A stretch of DNA of 63,853 nt, counting the filler, from Klebsormidium nitens (lineage: Eukaryota > Plantae > Klebsormidiophyceae), in NCBI GenBank assembly GCA_000708835.1. It is 6 parts of 6 records of this genome, joined end to end, with 100 filler letters (N's around TTAATTAATTAA, not from the genome) between each part and the next. Parts side by side here need not be neighbours in the genome. Positions count along the whole stretch, not along the records: positions 33,444 to 54,266 come from DF237917.1; positions 54,367 to 58,113 come from DF238611.1; positions 58,214 to 62,084 come from DF238237.1; positions 62,185 to 63,853 come from DF237152.1; 2 more parts are not named here. The stretch is one strand, 5' to 3'. The translations under genes and the position numbers were made by a program. This document shows positions 53,196 through 63,853 of this stretch, piece after piece (position 1 is the stretch's first letter; every line of letters starts with the position of its first letter). The notes under the pieces are model-generated. The model made no database searches, was not told the origin of the DNA, and saw only the letters and a program-made list of their open reading frames with translations.

Positions 53196-54829
53196 GTGAG
53201 CAAAAGCTCTTTTCTTTTTACTTTTTTGTTTCTATTTCTATTTTTATTTCGTCCTCGTTCTTTTCGTATCTTCCACCAGATCTTGCTTTGACCTCCTTTC
53301 CTTTCCTGTCGCCTTCTTTGTATTCGTTAAACTTCCTTCTCCTTTTCGTCTACGACTGTCTTGTGCGCATAAAGCTTTCGAAGGCCGGCGCAAACTGTCG
53401 TGAATCTATGAGCTCCCTTCGTCGTCCTTTTTGTGTGTCCCTCTGTGTCCAATCTTCTGTCGTTTTGGTCGTGCTCGCACCAGTTTCAATCAGTTTTTTT
53501 GGCCCAAGAAACCCTCTTCTGGCTTGAATTCATACCGGGACTTCCTTTGCCCGAAACACGCTTGACACACAACTGCTCCAGAAGACAAGAGTCTACTGAG
53601 AATCTCTGCTGTCAGCATCGGCTTTCACTCCTGGACTAATTCAATGGGAAACGCTGGGTCGGTCTCCGCTTAAAGCAGTCTAGACCATTCCCGGCGATAA
53701 GCATGCTCAATGTAAGACTTTCTACTCTGTACATCAGAGCCGTGTCTCATGCCGCGGTTTCTTGTGCAGGGACCCACATCGTTTGCTCAAGGAAACGGCA
53801 TCTCTTATCAATCGGAAGTCGCCTCAAGGAGAAGAGGAGTCCAAATTGTTTGTCGACAAGGTGGTCAACGTGCGGTATCACCAAACAAAGGCGCTACCGA
53901 CTTGGAGGCAGGTGGAGAACTGACGTCACGCTGACCGCGATTTGCCACGTTTGGGGTCAACCGGGCAGAGTGTATCTTTGCTCGCGATGTCTGACTGCAC
54001 GTCAATGTGCCTGCCAGCTCAATGTGTTCGTATTAGAGCTTGTGCAGGCGTGTAGCAGGACCCACGTCGAGACTCTGCACTCCATGCATGCCTGGCATGT
54101 GCCGTCTCAACATATACCCGAATTGAAAACCTCAGTACGCTTGCACAGCCCAGGTGCAACATGGTCACATATGATCAGTGCAGTGACACTGTGTGCATGC
54201 GCGCACAATAACAGCATGTCACGATATATGTGCGACATGAGGTCTCAATATACGTCTGCCGTCCTGNNNNNNNNNNNNNNNNNNNNNNNNNNNNNNNNNN
54301 NNNNNNNNNNTTAATTAATTAANNNNNNNNNNNNNNNNNNNNNNNNNNNNNNNNNNNNNNNNNNNNACGCACTCAACTTCTTTTATCTTAATCTGCCAAG
54401 CAATCAGCTCCTCTTATCTTAATCTCATTGCTATTGCAATATCTGGTGTCCGTTCCGGCTCGGTTTTTCCTTGTCAGATCGTCGTGTTAGCAAACAATCA
54501 TGAGGAAACTAGAGATCCGACTGTACGACCTTCTGGAGTTGACTTTGATGGACTTTCGCCGACTTTCGCACAGTCTCTTCGACCCTCGACTAATCATTTC
54601 AAAAGTGCCTAGCCGACCAGCGAGATTGTTGCTATCGGCGGTGAGTCGGAGTTAGATGAGTATCTCTTTGACCTCCGCGGTTCCGATCACCAATTTCCGA
54701 CATGTCGTCTTCGACACTATGTTTTCTGATGTGACACGTCATCCATTCAGTGTTCTTGGTGCCTTTCGAACAGAATCGGCCGTTAGTGTAATCAGACTCT
54801 GTCCTCCATTATGCACTGTTGAAACACGG

Positions 54830-56020
54830 CGTTGTTTGGAATGAATGATCGATTGATCAAGTTCACACAATACATATCGAATTTTCGGAGTCTAGCTGCG
54901 CTAAAGCTCTGCGGTCTGTGTGCTATGCTAGACTCACTCAAGTAGAGTCACACTCCTAGTCTGGGTCACACTGACAGCCTAGTAGGCTCAGTTGACCGCG
55001 GATAAGCAAGCCCGAAGATCTCGCGCAAATCTGAATATCTACGGCTATTATCGAATCTACTCATTACGGCGGTTATCTTAATAAGTCATTCGGGTGTAAC
55101 GCTGTAACCCGCGCGCATTTGACCGCCAACCACTAACCACCGGTATCGTCGAACTCCCGTCGACGTCACCCAAGAGATCGCGCACACTTAATGCCCGAAT
55201 CTCAACACACACTTCTCACATGTCCGTTCTGAGTACAAAAACGCTACCGCTAATTCTTTCGCGCGGCTCAAACTGCCAATGCTACTATGTCGACTCCTCT
55301 TCCATTTACTCCTACTTAGTATAGAGTAGAGGATTAATGTTCCAATCCAAGTTTTGATCATCCAACTAATTAACCGATTATTCACCCGCCCAAGCCAGCT
55401 CTGTGTACACAAAATGCAAAGACTTTCGCCTTCTCCATTGTTCGCCTCCCTCTCAAGTTCCGCGGTCTACGTATGTTAGCCCCGTTGCCTCTCCCGTTTT
55501 GAATCAGGCCACTCAAAAAATCCAGGTTGCTCTTGCTGTGAAATCTGTGGATCTTGGACGTACTTCTACTGTGCCTTTGCGAGCTTTGCCTAAATTTGAT
55601 GGTCGTAGGAAAGGCTTGACTGCGAAATCTTGGTTAAAAGACCTATAACAGACTCGTATTCTCTTTAATATGTGTTGAAACACAGCGTTGTTGGAAGTGA
55701 TTTTGAATCAATCAAGTTCACACGATGTATATGGAGTGTTCCGAGTCACCGCCTATCTCAAGGTTTACACTCTAGCCTAGTAGGCTCAGTGGACCGTCAC
55801 CTAGCAAGTCCGAAAATTTCACTCTATACCGTACATCGACGGCCAATATCGAACCTACACAATATCGACGGTTAACGCCAAGTCATTCAGGTGTAACGCT
55901 GTAACCGCGCGCATTTAACCGTGTACGTAACTACAAGTTACCGTCGAATTACCGCCGACGTCGTGATCCAAATCCCCTAGAATCACCCAAAGATTCGGTC
56001 CTCTAAATGCCCGTATCTCA
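54830..56020 (+). repeat. Diverged ~350-bp direct repeats flanking a gag-like fragment (LTR retroelement remnant)
   Basis: Shared caagttcacac...tagtaggctcagt...aagtcattc.ggtgtaacgctgtaac.cgcgcgcattt at ~54830-55190 and ~55685-56020; LPKFDG...AKSWL lies between them. Confidence 0.5.
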
Positions 56021-56685
56021 AGNNNNNNNNNNNNNNNNNNNNNNNNNNNNNNNNNNNNNNNNNNNNNNNNNNNNNNNNNNNNNNNNNNNNNNNNNNNNNN
56101 NNNNNNNNNNNNNNNNNNNNNNNNNNNNNNNNNNNNNNNNNNNNNNNNNNNNNNNNNNNNNNNNNNNNNNNNNNNNNNNNNNNNNNNNNNNNNNNNNNNN
56201 NNNNNNNNNNNNNNNNNNNNNNNNNNNNNNNNNNNNNNNNNNNNNNNNNNNNNNNNNNNNNNNNNNNNNNNNNNNNNNNNNNNNNNNNNNNNNNNNNNNN
56301 NNNNNNNNNNNNNNNNNNNNNNNNNNNNNNNNNNNNNNNNNNNNNNNNNNNNNNNNNNNNNNNNNNNNNNNNNNNNNNNNNNNNNNNNNNNNNNNNNNNN
56401 NNNNNNNNNNNNNNNNNNNNNNNNNNNNNNNNNNNNNNNNNNNNNNNNNNNNNNNNNNNNNNNNNNNNNNNNNNNNNNNNNNNNNNNNNNNNNNNNNNNN
56501 NNNNNNNNNNNNNNNNNNNNNNNNNNNNNNNNNNNNNNNNNNNNNNNNNNNNNNNNNNNNNNNNNNNNNNNNNNNNNNNNNNNNNNNNNNNNNNNNNNNN
56601 NNNNNNNNNNNNNNNNNNNNNNNNNNNNNNNNNNNNNNNNNNNNNNNNNNNNNNNNNNNNNNNNNNNNNNNNNNNNNNNNNNNNN

Positions 56686-56870
56686 CACGCAACGTCGTGT
56701 GCTTGCTCACCGGGGCGTAGACCTCGTCGAAGTCAATTCCTTGTTTCTGCACGTAGGCCCTGGCCACCAGCCGGGACTTGTACCGCTCCACATTCCCGTG
56801 AGCGTCCCGCTTATCTTGTAAACCCACTTCATGGGAACCGGCTTGACCCCTTTCGATTTTTCGACGATCT
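56686..56870 (-). mobile_element. Ty1/Copia reverse transcriptase fragment
   Basis: [52 protein letters not shown]. Confidence 0.9.
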
Positions 56871-57889
56871 CCCACCATAAGAAATCTGAGTTGGCCCAGC
56901 GCTGGGCCTTTTTCCCTGCCTCCCGTCCGGTGCGGACACAATGTCGCACCCCCCATTCTACCGTAGATCTCCTGCCAATGTTGAAGTTCCGACCGTCAGA
57001 TCGCCGTTGGAGGTCCTGGAAAAGTTCGCTTGACACCGATGTTTGCGGTTTTGAGTCTGGATTTGGATACAACCGCTGGTCGGATCCGGGTACAAGGTTG
57101 AATACCCGTAGGTTCAGCGTAGGTACCGACCGCTGAGAACTACCGATCTGTGTGCGTCGCCAAATAAATACTGCGTCAGTTTTCTTCCAATTTAATTTAA
57201 ATGGTGCCGTTAACGAAAATATTACCTAATTTTTCAAAATAATCGCGGCGAGCTGAGGCGACCATCCGGGCAGTCTAACGGACTGCAGGTTTGAAGTTGG
57301 ACCGAACGGTCGTCCGTACCTGATTATGACTTATCAGCAACGTGTCGCTCACGCGACTAACCAAATCAGGAATTCATAATGAGACCGTACCACGAGCGTA
57401 CGGTATGTCAGAGATCATGTACTGTATGTCAGATGTACAGGGCCCGTGACTATATGTCGGGCACTCTACAGGTCTGCAAATCAGTCTAGTCAGCCTACCG
57501 GCCTCAAATTCTGACCGGTAGGCCGGCGGCCCAAAACATGTACACGTTAACTGTTCGAAGGCCGACCGTGGTCTGCCGGCGCTACTCCACCCAGCCAGGT
57601 TCACCTAAGGCTCAGTACCCGGTGTGCTCTAGCACCGGGACCTCGAAGGCGTACATGTTCAAGTACATGGTGAAATTTAGGCCGCCACGCAATGAACCTC
57701 CAGTGTTAGGATTCGCTCCACGGTACACTAAGGTAAGCTTTCAGGCATCAAGCAGCCTAGATCGAGAAAAAACTGTTGAGCGCGCCAATTAGAAGGCCGT
57801 ATTTGGCAATGTCGCACCCTCGAACATCCGCCTGCGGGAGGTAGGCAAAAAGGCCCTGATCCCGTGCTTAGATTTCTTATGACGTCCCC

Positions 57890-58110
57890 TTCTCCAACAA
57901 GGACGCATCTTCTCGTCCATCGACTTCCGCCAGAGGTCACTCTCTTCTCCCCCTACGGCTTCCTGATAATTCTGCGGTTCTGGGTGCTCCCCCGTTCCTC
58001 TGGGGTGCTCCTCCGCTTCCGTATTCGCCGCAAAGTTTGCGCGATACCATTCGTCTGGCGTGCGTCTCTCACACGCTGGGTACCTCTGAGCAGCCGGTGT
58101 TGGCATCCCT
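57890..58110 (-). mobile_element. Ty1/Copia pre-RT fragment
   Basis: EPQNYQEAV...W.KSMDE.M motif. Confidence 0.75.
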
Positions 58111-59398
58111 ATGNNNNNNNNNNNNNNNNNNNNNNNNNNNNNNNNNNNNNNNNNNNNTTAATTAATTAANNNNNNNNNNNNNNNNNNNNNNNNNNNNNNN
58201 NNNNNNNNNNNNNAAAAAACTTGCCTTTGGTGAATAGTCAACGGAACAAAACATTCTGCGGAGCTTTCGCTGGACAGGACTCTCGCCAACGAAGACGAAA
58301 CTCCTTCACAAGGCAGCGGAATCTTCTGGCCATTTATTAACGAACTGACGGTTTGCCGCCAAGTGCGATTGGTGATTGAACGTGCTCAGCGGGGTTGCGA
58401 CGTTGGTCCCTTATGAATGCAGAGGAGCCCGAAACATTGAAGAAAGATGATCAACTCGATTTGAGCATCTAGCAAACAAGAGAGCTGACGCATCAAGTTC
58501 CGCCAGCGCTAAAACATGTTTAAGCGGGAGAACCCATTCCGCCAATGGAATTGACGAGTCTCTCAGTGCAACGAACTTTGCTCCGGCAAGGCAACTGAAA
58601 ATGGGGAGGAAAATGGCGAAGAAACTTCCATTGATCACGGGGCCCCTTGGCTTCAAACAGGAGCGGAATCGGGGCCTGAACGGACTGTTCCGCTCCGAAA
58701 GAGTGGCGAACGGACCGGATCTAGATCCCGCTTCGAGGCCGCTTCACAAAGAGCAGGCCACAAATCGGAGCATGAACCGATTCCTATTGTCTGTAAACCG
58801 GCCTCGAACCGGGGGGCAATTCCGGTTCATCCGCCACTTTTCCGGAGCGGAACTCTCCGGTTCGGTCCTGATTCGGCTCCAATTCCAAGCCAATGCGCTC
58901 GTTAAATATCACTACAGAAGGCCATGTCAAAGTGCTGGTTCGAAGCTTGGAGGACGGCCCAATTGCTTGTGGGGTAAACGATCGAAAGGAAGGATGAACA
59001 GGATGCAGCTGACACAGTCTTCAGGAATTTTGAGATGATGCCAGCCGGGGGTCGTCACCATGTTTGACGCGAGAAAGATGAAGAGGGAACGAAGAAAAGG
59101 CTCGGAATGGGAGCAGAAAAGTTGAGAAGCGGAAAGGAAAGCTTTAAAGGAAGCGGAAATGCTGATAGCGGAAGCGAATCTATGGCGGAACGTCACAATC
59201 TATCTTTCTAGCTCGAGAAGCCAGTGTCATGCTTTGGCAGTCATGTAACGCAGGTGAGTAACGTCGGATCTTTCGCCTCTCTCCTTACTGAAATAAATAG
59301 GTTGCTATCACATGCACAACAGGTTGAAGAAGCCAAAAATCGCGCACTAGGAACCGACCGAGGCGATTTTTGCGACCTTTAAGTGTCATCCTTCTTAC

Positions 59399-59551
59399 CT
59401 CGTTCTGGGCGCTCCTGGCCGCCTCCTGGTCGCCTCGAAGAAATGCAGTGACCGTCGTGGCGAGCGCCACGTCCGCTTCGGCCCTGAGGCGCTCCAGGTC
59501 GTAGAGAGCCGAAGCAGCCTTCGCGAGCGTGATCGTGACGTCGTCGACGTC
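59399..59551 (-). other. Isolated phase-0 exon-like segment of an unidentified host gene
   Basis: gctcag|GAC...GAG|gtaaga; 51 open codons DVDDVTITLAKAASALYDLERLRAEADVAL... Confidence 0.35.
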
Positions 59552-62500
59552 CTGAGCAACGATGAATTAGGACAATCTCAGAAACGACGTATACGCACAA
59601 GGTTGGTTATTAATACTACATAGCTCTACGTTTTTCGAGCTCGATTCGCCTCAAAAGATGAAAGTTTCATTTGATTTGGTCACTACCTTCTTTAGAAAAG
59701 AGTGGTCGAACGAGAGTGGCTCGAATACTCAGTACCCCGCCGTTGCGCCGTGATTTGGAGACTTGGTGGAGGCGACTTTCCAGATGAATATCCGGATCAT
59801 ATCCGTGCTTGTTTGCAAAACGAAGTTACGCAGAAAATCAGGTACTGACCAGGTTACGCTTCGATTCATTGAAGTGTCTCAGAGACGAGAACAATTTAAG
59901 GGCCGCAGCTTTTCGTGTGGCCACGATTCGGCGACTGAGCGTCGAAGACACCAAGGCCTTTATGTAGACTCTGGAACATGGGATCGGCGGTGCTCAGGCT
60001 GTCACTACCTGACTGAGATGCTAATTTTACCAGAAAGTAAGCTCAATAAGTTTTGGAACCCAATGAGCCCTGTCACATATGATTCAATAGCAGGCGAAGC
60101 GGGATGAAAGCATTTTTCTTGAAATTTTAGGCCGAGTGCGTAACGGCAGAAAGCCTCGTAGATTTGAGATTTTCAAAAGAGAAGCAAAGGCAGCGTCGCA
60201 CGAAGTTTGATCTCAAAAATGCAAGCAAAAGACGAAAGCGAGGAGCTCGGAGCCGGACGGATGCGACGACGAAGTCAAAAAAAGACTCCGACTGCGGAAA
60301 AGCAGTGATATTGGCACGGGGGCAAAACAGAGAATCTAATGGCAGAAGGAGCTCGAGCGGACGGGCAATCAAAAAGAGTACATGCGACCAACTTGCCTGC
60401 GATGCCGCGCCTTTGCCGTGGGCTCGTTTGCGGGCGGCTTCGTTTCGTCCTGCAGGTTAATGAGTTCAACATTAGGCGTTTGCTATCTGAGAGAAGAGGG
60501 GAAAATAGCGACAACGCAGAGCTTGGTCAGTACGTCTGTCGTTTGAAGCGCTTTTTTCGTACTCAGCTTGCAAGCGGCAAAACAACAATGGGTCCCAGAC
60601 TCTGTTTCAACAACCTTAAAGAGGACGATGTTGGACAGTCCCACACGGCGACCAGATGCCCCTAATCCGACTAGCTTAGCCGCTCGCGAAAGCCACGTGG
60701 GCCAAATTCGTAGCGACGGGCAATAGATGCGTGCTAATTAGATGTCGCAGGGAGCGACATGGGGCAGACCCCCTTCAAAGACACTATTCAGATCGCTCAA
60801 TCAGGTGTCGGTCAATGCGGTCTTCAGAAAGGTTCTGGGCAATCCGTTGCTATCCAGCCTCAGAGCTGAAGAACCTTGCCTTGGCAGACACAACGGTTCC
60901 TGTGAGAAGAATTCTTTGCAGGTCCTGCCCTTTGTAGCAGTTAGGAGAGGACTTCTGGATTTACACTGAATTAGAGCAGTCGCATTAGATTCAAATTAGA
61001 TTGCTAGCCATGCAAGCCCAACTTGTGAACCAGATGAAGGAAGAGTTCTTTGTGGCTGCAAGCTGATGCGGAGGCTGCCAGCCTAATCATAAGGAAAACG
61101 TTTAAAAGGACATTGATTCGATGCGTAGACTTGCAAGAGGAGATTAGTAAGGGCTGGGTTACTTATGCACTTTCAAAGCCTTCTCACCCTGAGTCCTCAA
61201 GGAGTCCGAACGCTGTGAATGTGGATTACCTCTGGACTGCTCCGGCGCTTTTGGAGCTGGCCTCGTGTCGTCTTGAGCGGACCCCCTCGTACGGCTCTGG
61301 CTTTTTCGGGCCTCCAGACGTGCTTCCCCAGCTCCAGTCCCTGCGAAGGGCAGTGAGCAGAAGGTCTTCTCAGGACACGTGTCAATCGAGAGTGCTAATA
61401 ATTGATTGTTCTTTCATTGCTTGTCAACCCCACACGCTTTCAAGGGCCCAATATCAATTTGAAGGTTAATTCAGAACTTCGAGCATCTCCGTATCCACCA
61501 AGGACAGCCTCTAAGAACCTGTTCAAAGAGTGCGCTCGCTCTTAAACTGACCAAGACAACAAGATCTTCCACCAGAAAGGCGGGTCAGAGTCATCATAGT
61601 CCATTAGTCAGGCCCGAATAAGAGGAGTTGATGATCTGAAAGCGGCAACCAGAAGAGGAGTCTACACACAATTCAAAAAGGCGCATGCATGATCAGGGAC
61701 TCGCAAAACTTCCTCACGAACGGAAAAAGACGGAGAGACATTTTCTTCGGACGGATGAGGGACCCCAGAGAAGGACTGTAAGTTCCTACGAAAAGTCCTT
61801 TATTGTTTCTGATCTGTACGTTGCGGAGCAAAGCCGCGCAAACGTGAATCCATTGGAAAGCTGTGCAATCTCTGTCGATCCAGATTCTGTCGGTTCAACT
61901 TGTGTGGGGCGGCAAGCTTGGCCGCAAGTCGGGTTGTGCTACAGCTCCTCTCCATAGATTATGAAGGACTCGTCAGGCTGCCTTTATCGAGATATAGCCT
62001 TGCTGAGTCCACGCAAGACTGTGCTTTCTACATGTTCGCAACACGTGAAATTGTATGCAGAGGACCTGACTGGTCATGTACAACNNNNNNNNNNNNNNNN
62101 NNNNNNNNNNNNNNNNNNNNNNNNNNNNTTAATTAATTAANNNNNNNNNNNNNNNNNNNNNNNNNNNNNNNNNNNNNNNNNNNNTTATAAAGCGCCACTC
62201 CAATAGGTATATTACTTGCAATCGTGAGAAACCTCATGTACAAAACTTATTAACCCGGGTGTAGGTGCAAGCTCCGCATTTTCTTGTATCCGACCTTTTA
62301 GAACAGAAACAGGCAGCAAGTCAATTTGAGATGCTCACCTCCATGCAAGATGGCTCAACACTCCAATAACGAAATTGAAAGCCTCCAAGAGTCCGAACAC
62401 TCGATCTCCGGTTAGTACCGGTCCTCCTCTTCAGAGGGGGCTCCTGAGGCTGCAGCCTCCGGCTCCCCCCCTGGAGCGACCCCGAAGCTCGCACCGGCTC

Positions 62501-63853
62501 CGCATCGGCTCGCACCGGCTCGCCGTCTTCTCCGGGGGCAAATTAGGGTCTTGACTCTTAAAGTGGTAATTTGATTTCGTGAAATCGCCGGACGCTGAAT
62601 TGAGCGGCGGAACTTGTCGGCCAAATTTGGGTGGAGGTCGCAAGCGTCAGAGTGCCGAGTTTCGAGCCGGCAGTCCGCGCAGCGACCGGAAATGCGCAAC
62701 TTCACCGAACGATTCGCCATCGGGTGACGTAGACTTGACGTCAGTGGAACTACCCCTTTAAACCCTGGCAATGTGTTTTAAGATCAAACATTGTTTATTT
62801 CAGATGCGGTCATAATCTGGACATATTCACCAAAGATTTTTGAAAAAAGCTCGTTGACAGCTTTCCAAAAACATATTTGGTTTTAAAATGTGCCCCCCCA
62901 AGAGAGAGAGGGAGATTATAAACATGGATAAACATGTTTAAAACAAAAAAACATGTGTGTACGTATGATAGGGCACAGCCACATGTATTTGAAGCCAATA
63001 AAAGAAAAAACAAAACATGTGTATAATTAAATAAACGTGTTTAAAACAGGGTTACCTAACTAGGACGACACAATCCGCCTGCGGCGGATTTAGCAGCTCG
63101 CCTCAATATAGACAGATGCATATTATTTAAGAAAATGTCTTCAATGAGGGGGGGTGGGAGGGCGCCCCGACTCACATTCATGGGCGGGTGGGAGGGCATT
63201 ATTGATTCCCGTGCGGGCCCCGGTACACTTTGTCTTGTTACGGGAAATGAAGGTCTAAAACTTAGTAAAAGGGTTCCCTGTCACATCTTATGGTATTTTT
63301 GTGATTGGCTGGGTGGGAGGGCGCCCCGGTTTGGAAATATAATGGCTTTTTGATATCGGTGCTGACCGGGACAAGACCCCAGGCATCATATTGCAATGCA
63401 CTGCTAAACACGGCCAAGACCGGGCCAAACAGAAACTGTTGTACAGCTTGGCAAACCCCGAAAGTGACGGGAAAAACGGGTTATTTTTTATTGTTTGGTG
63501 GATGTAGGGGACTTTCAGTGGCCCAAAAACACTGAGTGGTTTTCAATGTTCGGTTGGTCCATTCCCGCTTAAACCGGAAAACCACGGCGGCCGACGTTGC
63601 TGTATGTCGAGGGAAATACTTCCCGTAAAATTCCACCGTACAATCTTGGCTTTTGTACAGCATAATGCAATCGGCCTAGAACTTTGACCAAATACGTAGT
63701 ACAACGTCACCGCTGTTTTAGACTCTGGGTGCCGGGACGTCGTACAGTGAAATTATTTGCCGGAGAGACCCCACATCCGGATGTCCGCTTTACCTCGCCC
63801 CATATAAATATGGGCGAGCAAAAAACATTGGACCCTGATGGTCACTTCATATT

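Noticed and set aside
31873-54314. ORFs 31873-32355, 37003-37620, 40807-41328 and 53703-54314
   Set aside because: They are antisense to real exons or retroelement ORFs, or lie in introns, with no protein-like signal.
55915-56956. Long X-filled ORFs
   Set aside because: They are translations of the 56023-56685 gap; only the Copia part is real.
24395-62184. TTAATTAATTAA inside N runs (about 24419, 33388, 54311, 58138, 62129)
   Set aside because: It is an identical six-frame-stop linker centred in gaps, so an assembly artifact. ORFs starting or ending there are spurious.
58214-63853. Many 60-140 aa ORFs in the distal region
   Set aside because: No recognisable domains or consistent exon chain; probably intergenic or decayed repeat DNA.

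Overview
This is a eukaryotic scaffold window, probably from a streptophyte green alga such as Klebsormidium. That is an inference from GT-AG host genes for TEX261/Svp26, CCDC112 and a nuclear Ycf21/DUF98, plus plant-type kinase and expansin genes. About 4.2-24.4 kb is a gene-dense, largely intronless endogenous giant virus (Nucleocytoviricota) segment. It carries VLTF3, an A22/RuvC-like resolvase, a WLM-like metallopeptidase, thioredoxin, DUF5764, DUF5759, an EsV-1-7-repeat nuclease and topoisomerase II. Plant-type genes are interleaved with these: an expansin, a PERK-like receptor kinase, a two-repeat MYB and an F-box/LRR protein. The strongest finding is that the viral topo II gene is split by at least four canonical GT-AG spliceosomal introns at conserved motifs. 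Splicing restores one frame, and three of the introns each carry an ORF on the opposite strand. A neighbouring viral ORF begins with an in-register histone H3 tail mimic. The remaining ~39 kb is host DNA: four multi-exon genes, Gypsy and Copia remnants, a Tourist-like MITE, and assembly gaps with an artificial TTAATTAATTAA linker. Host introns repeatedly contain decaying tandem copies of the adjacent exon end plus its splice site. I recognised no rRNA, tRNA or CRISPR array. All family assignments come from motif recognition, not database searches.
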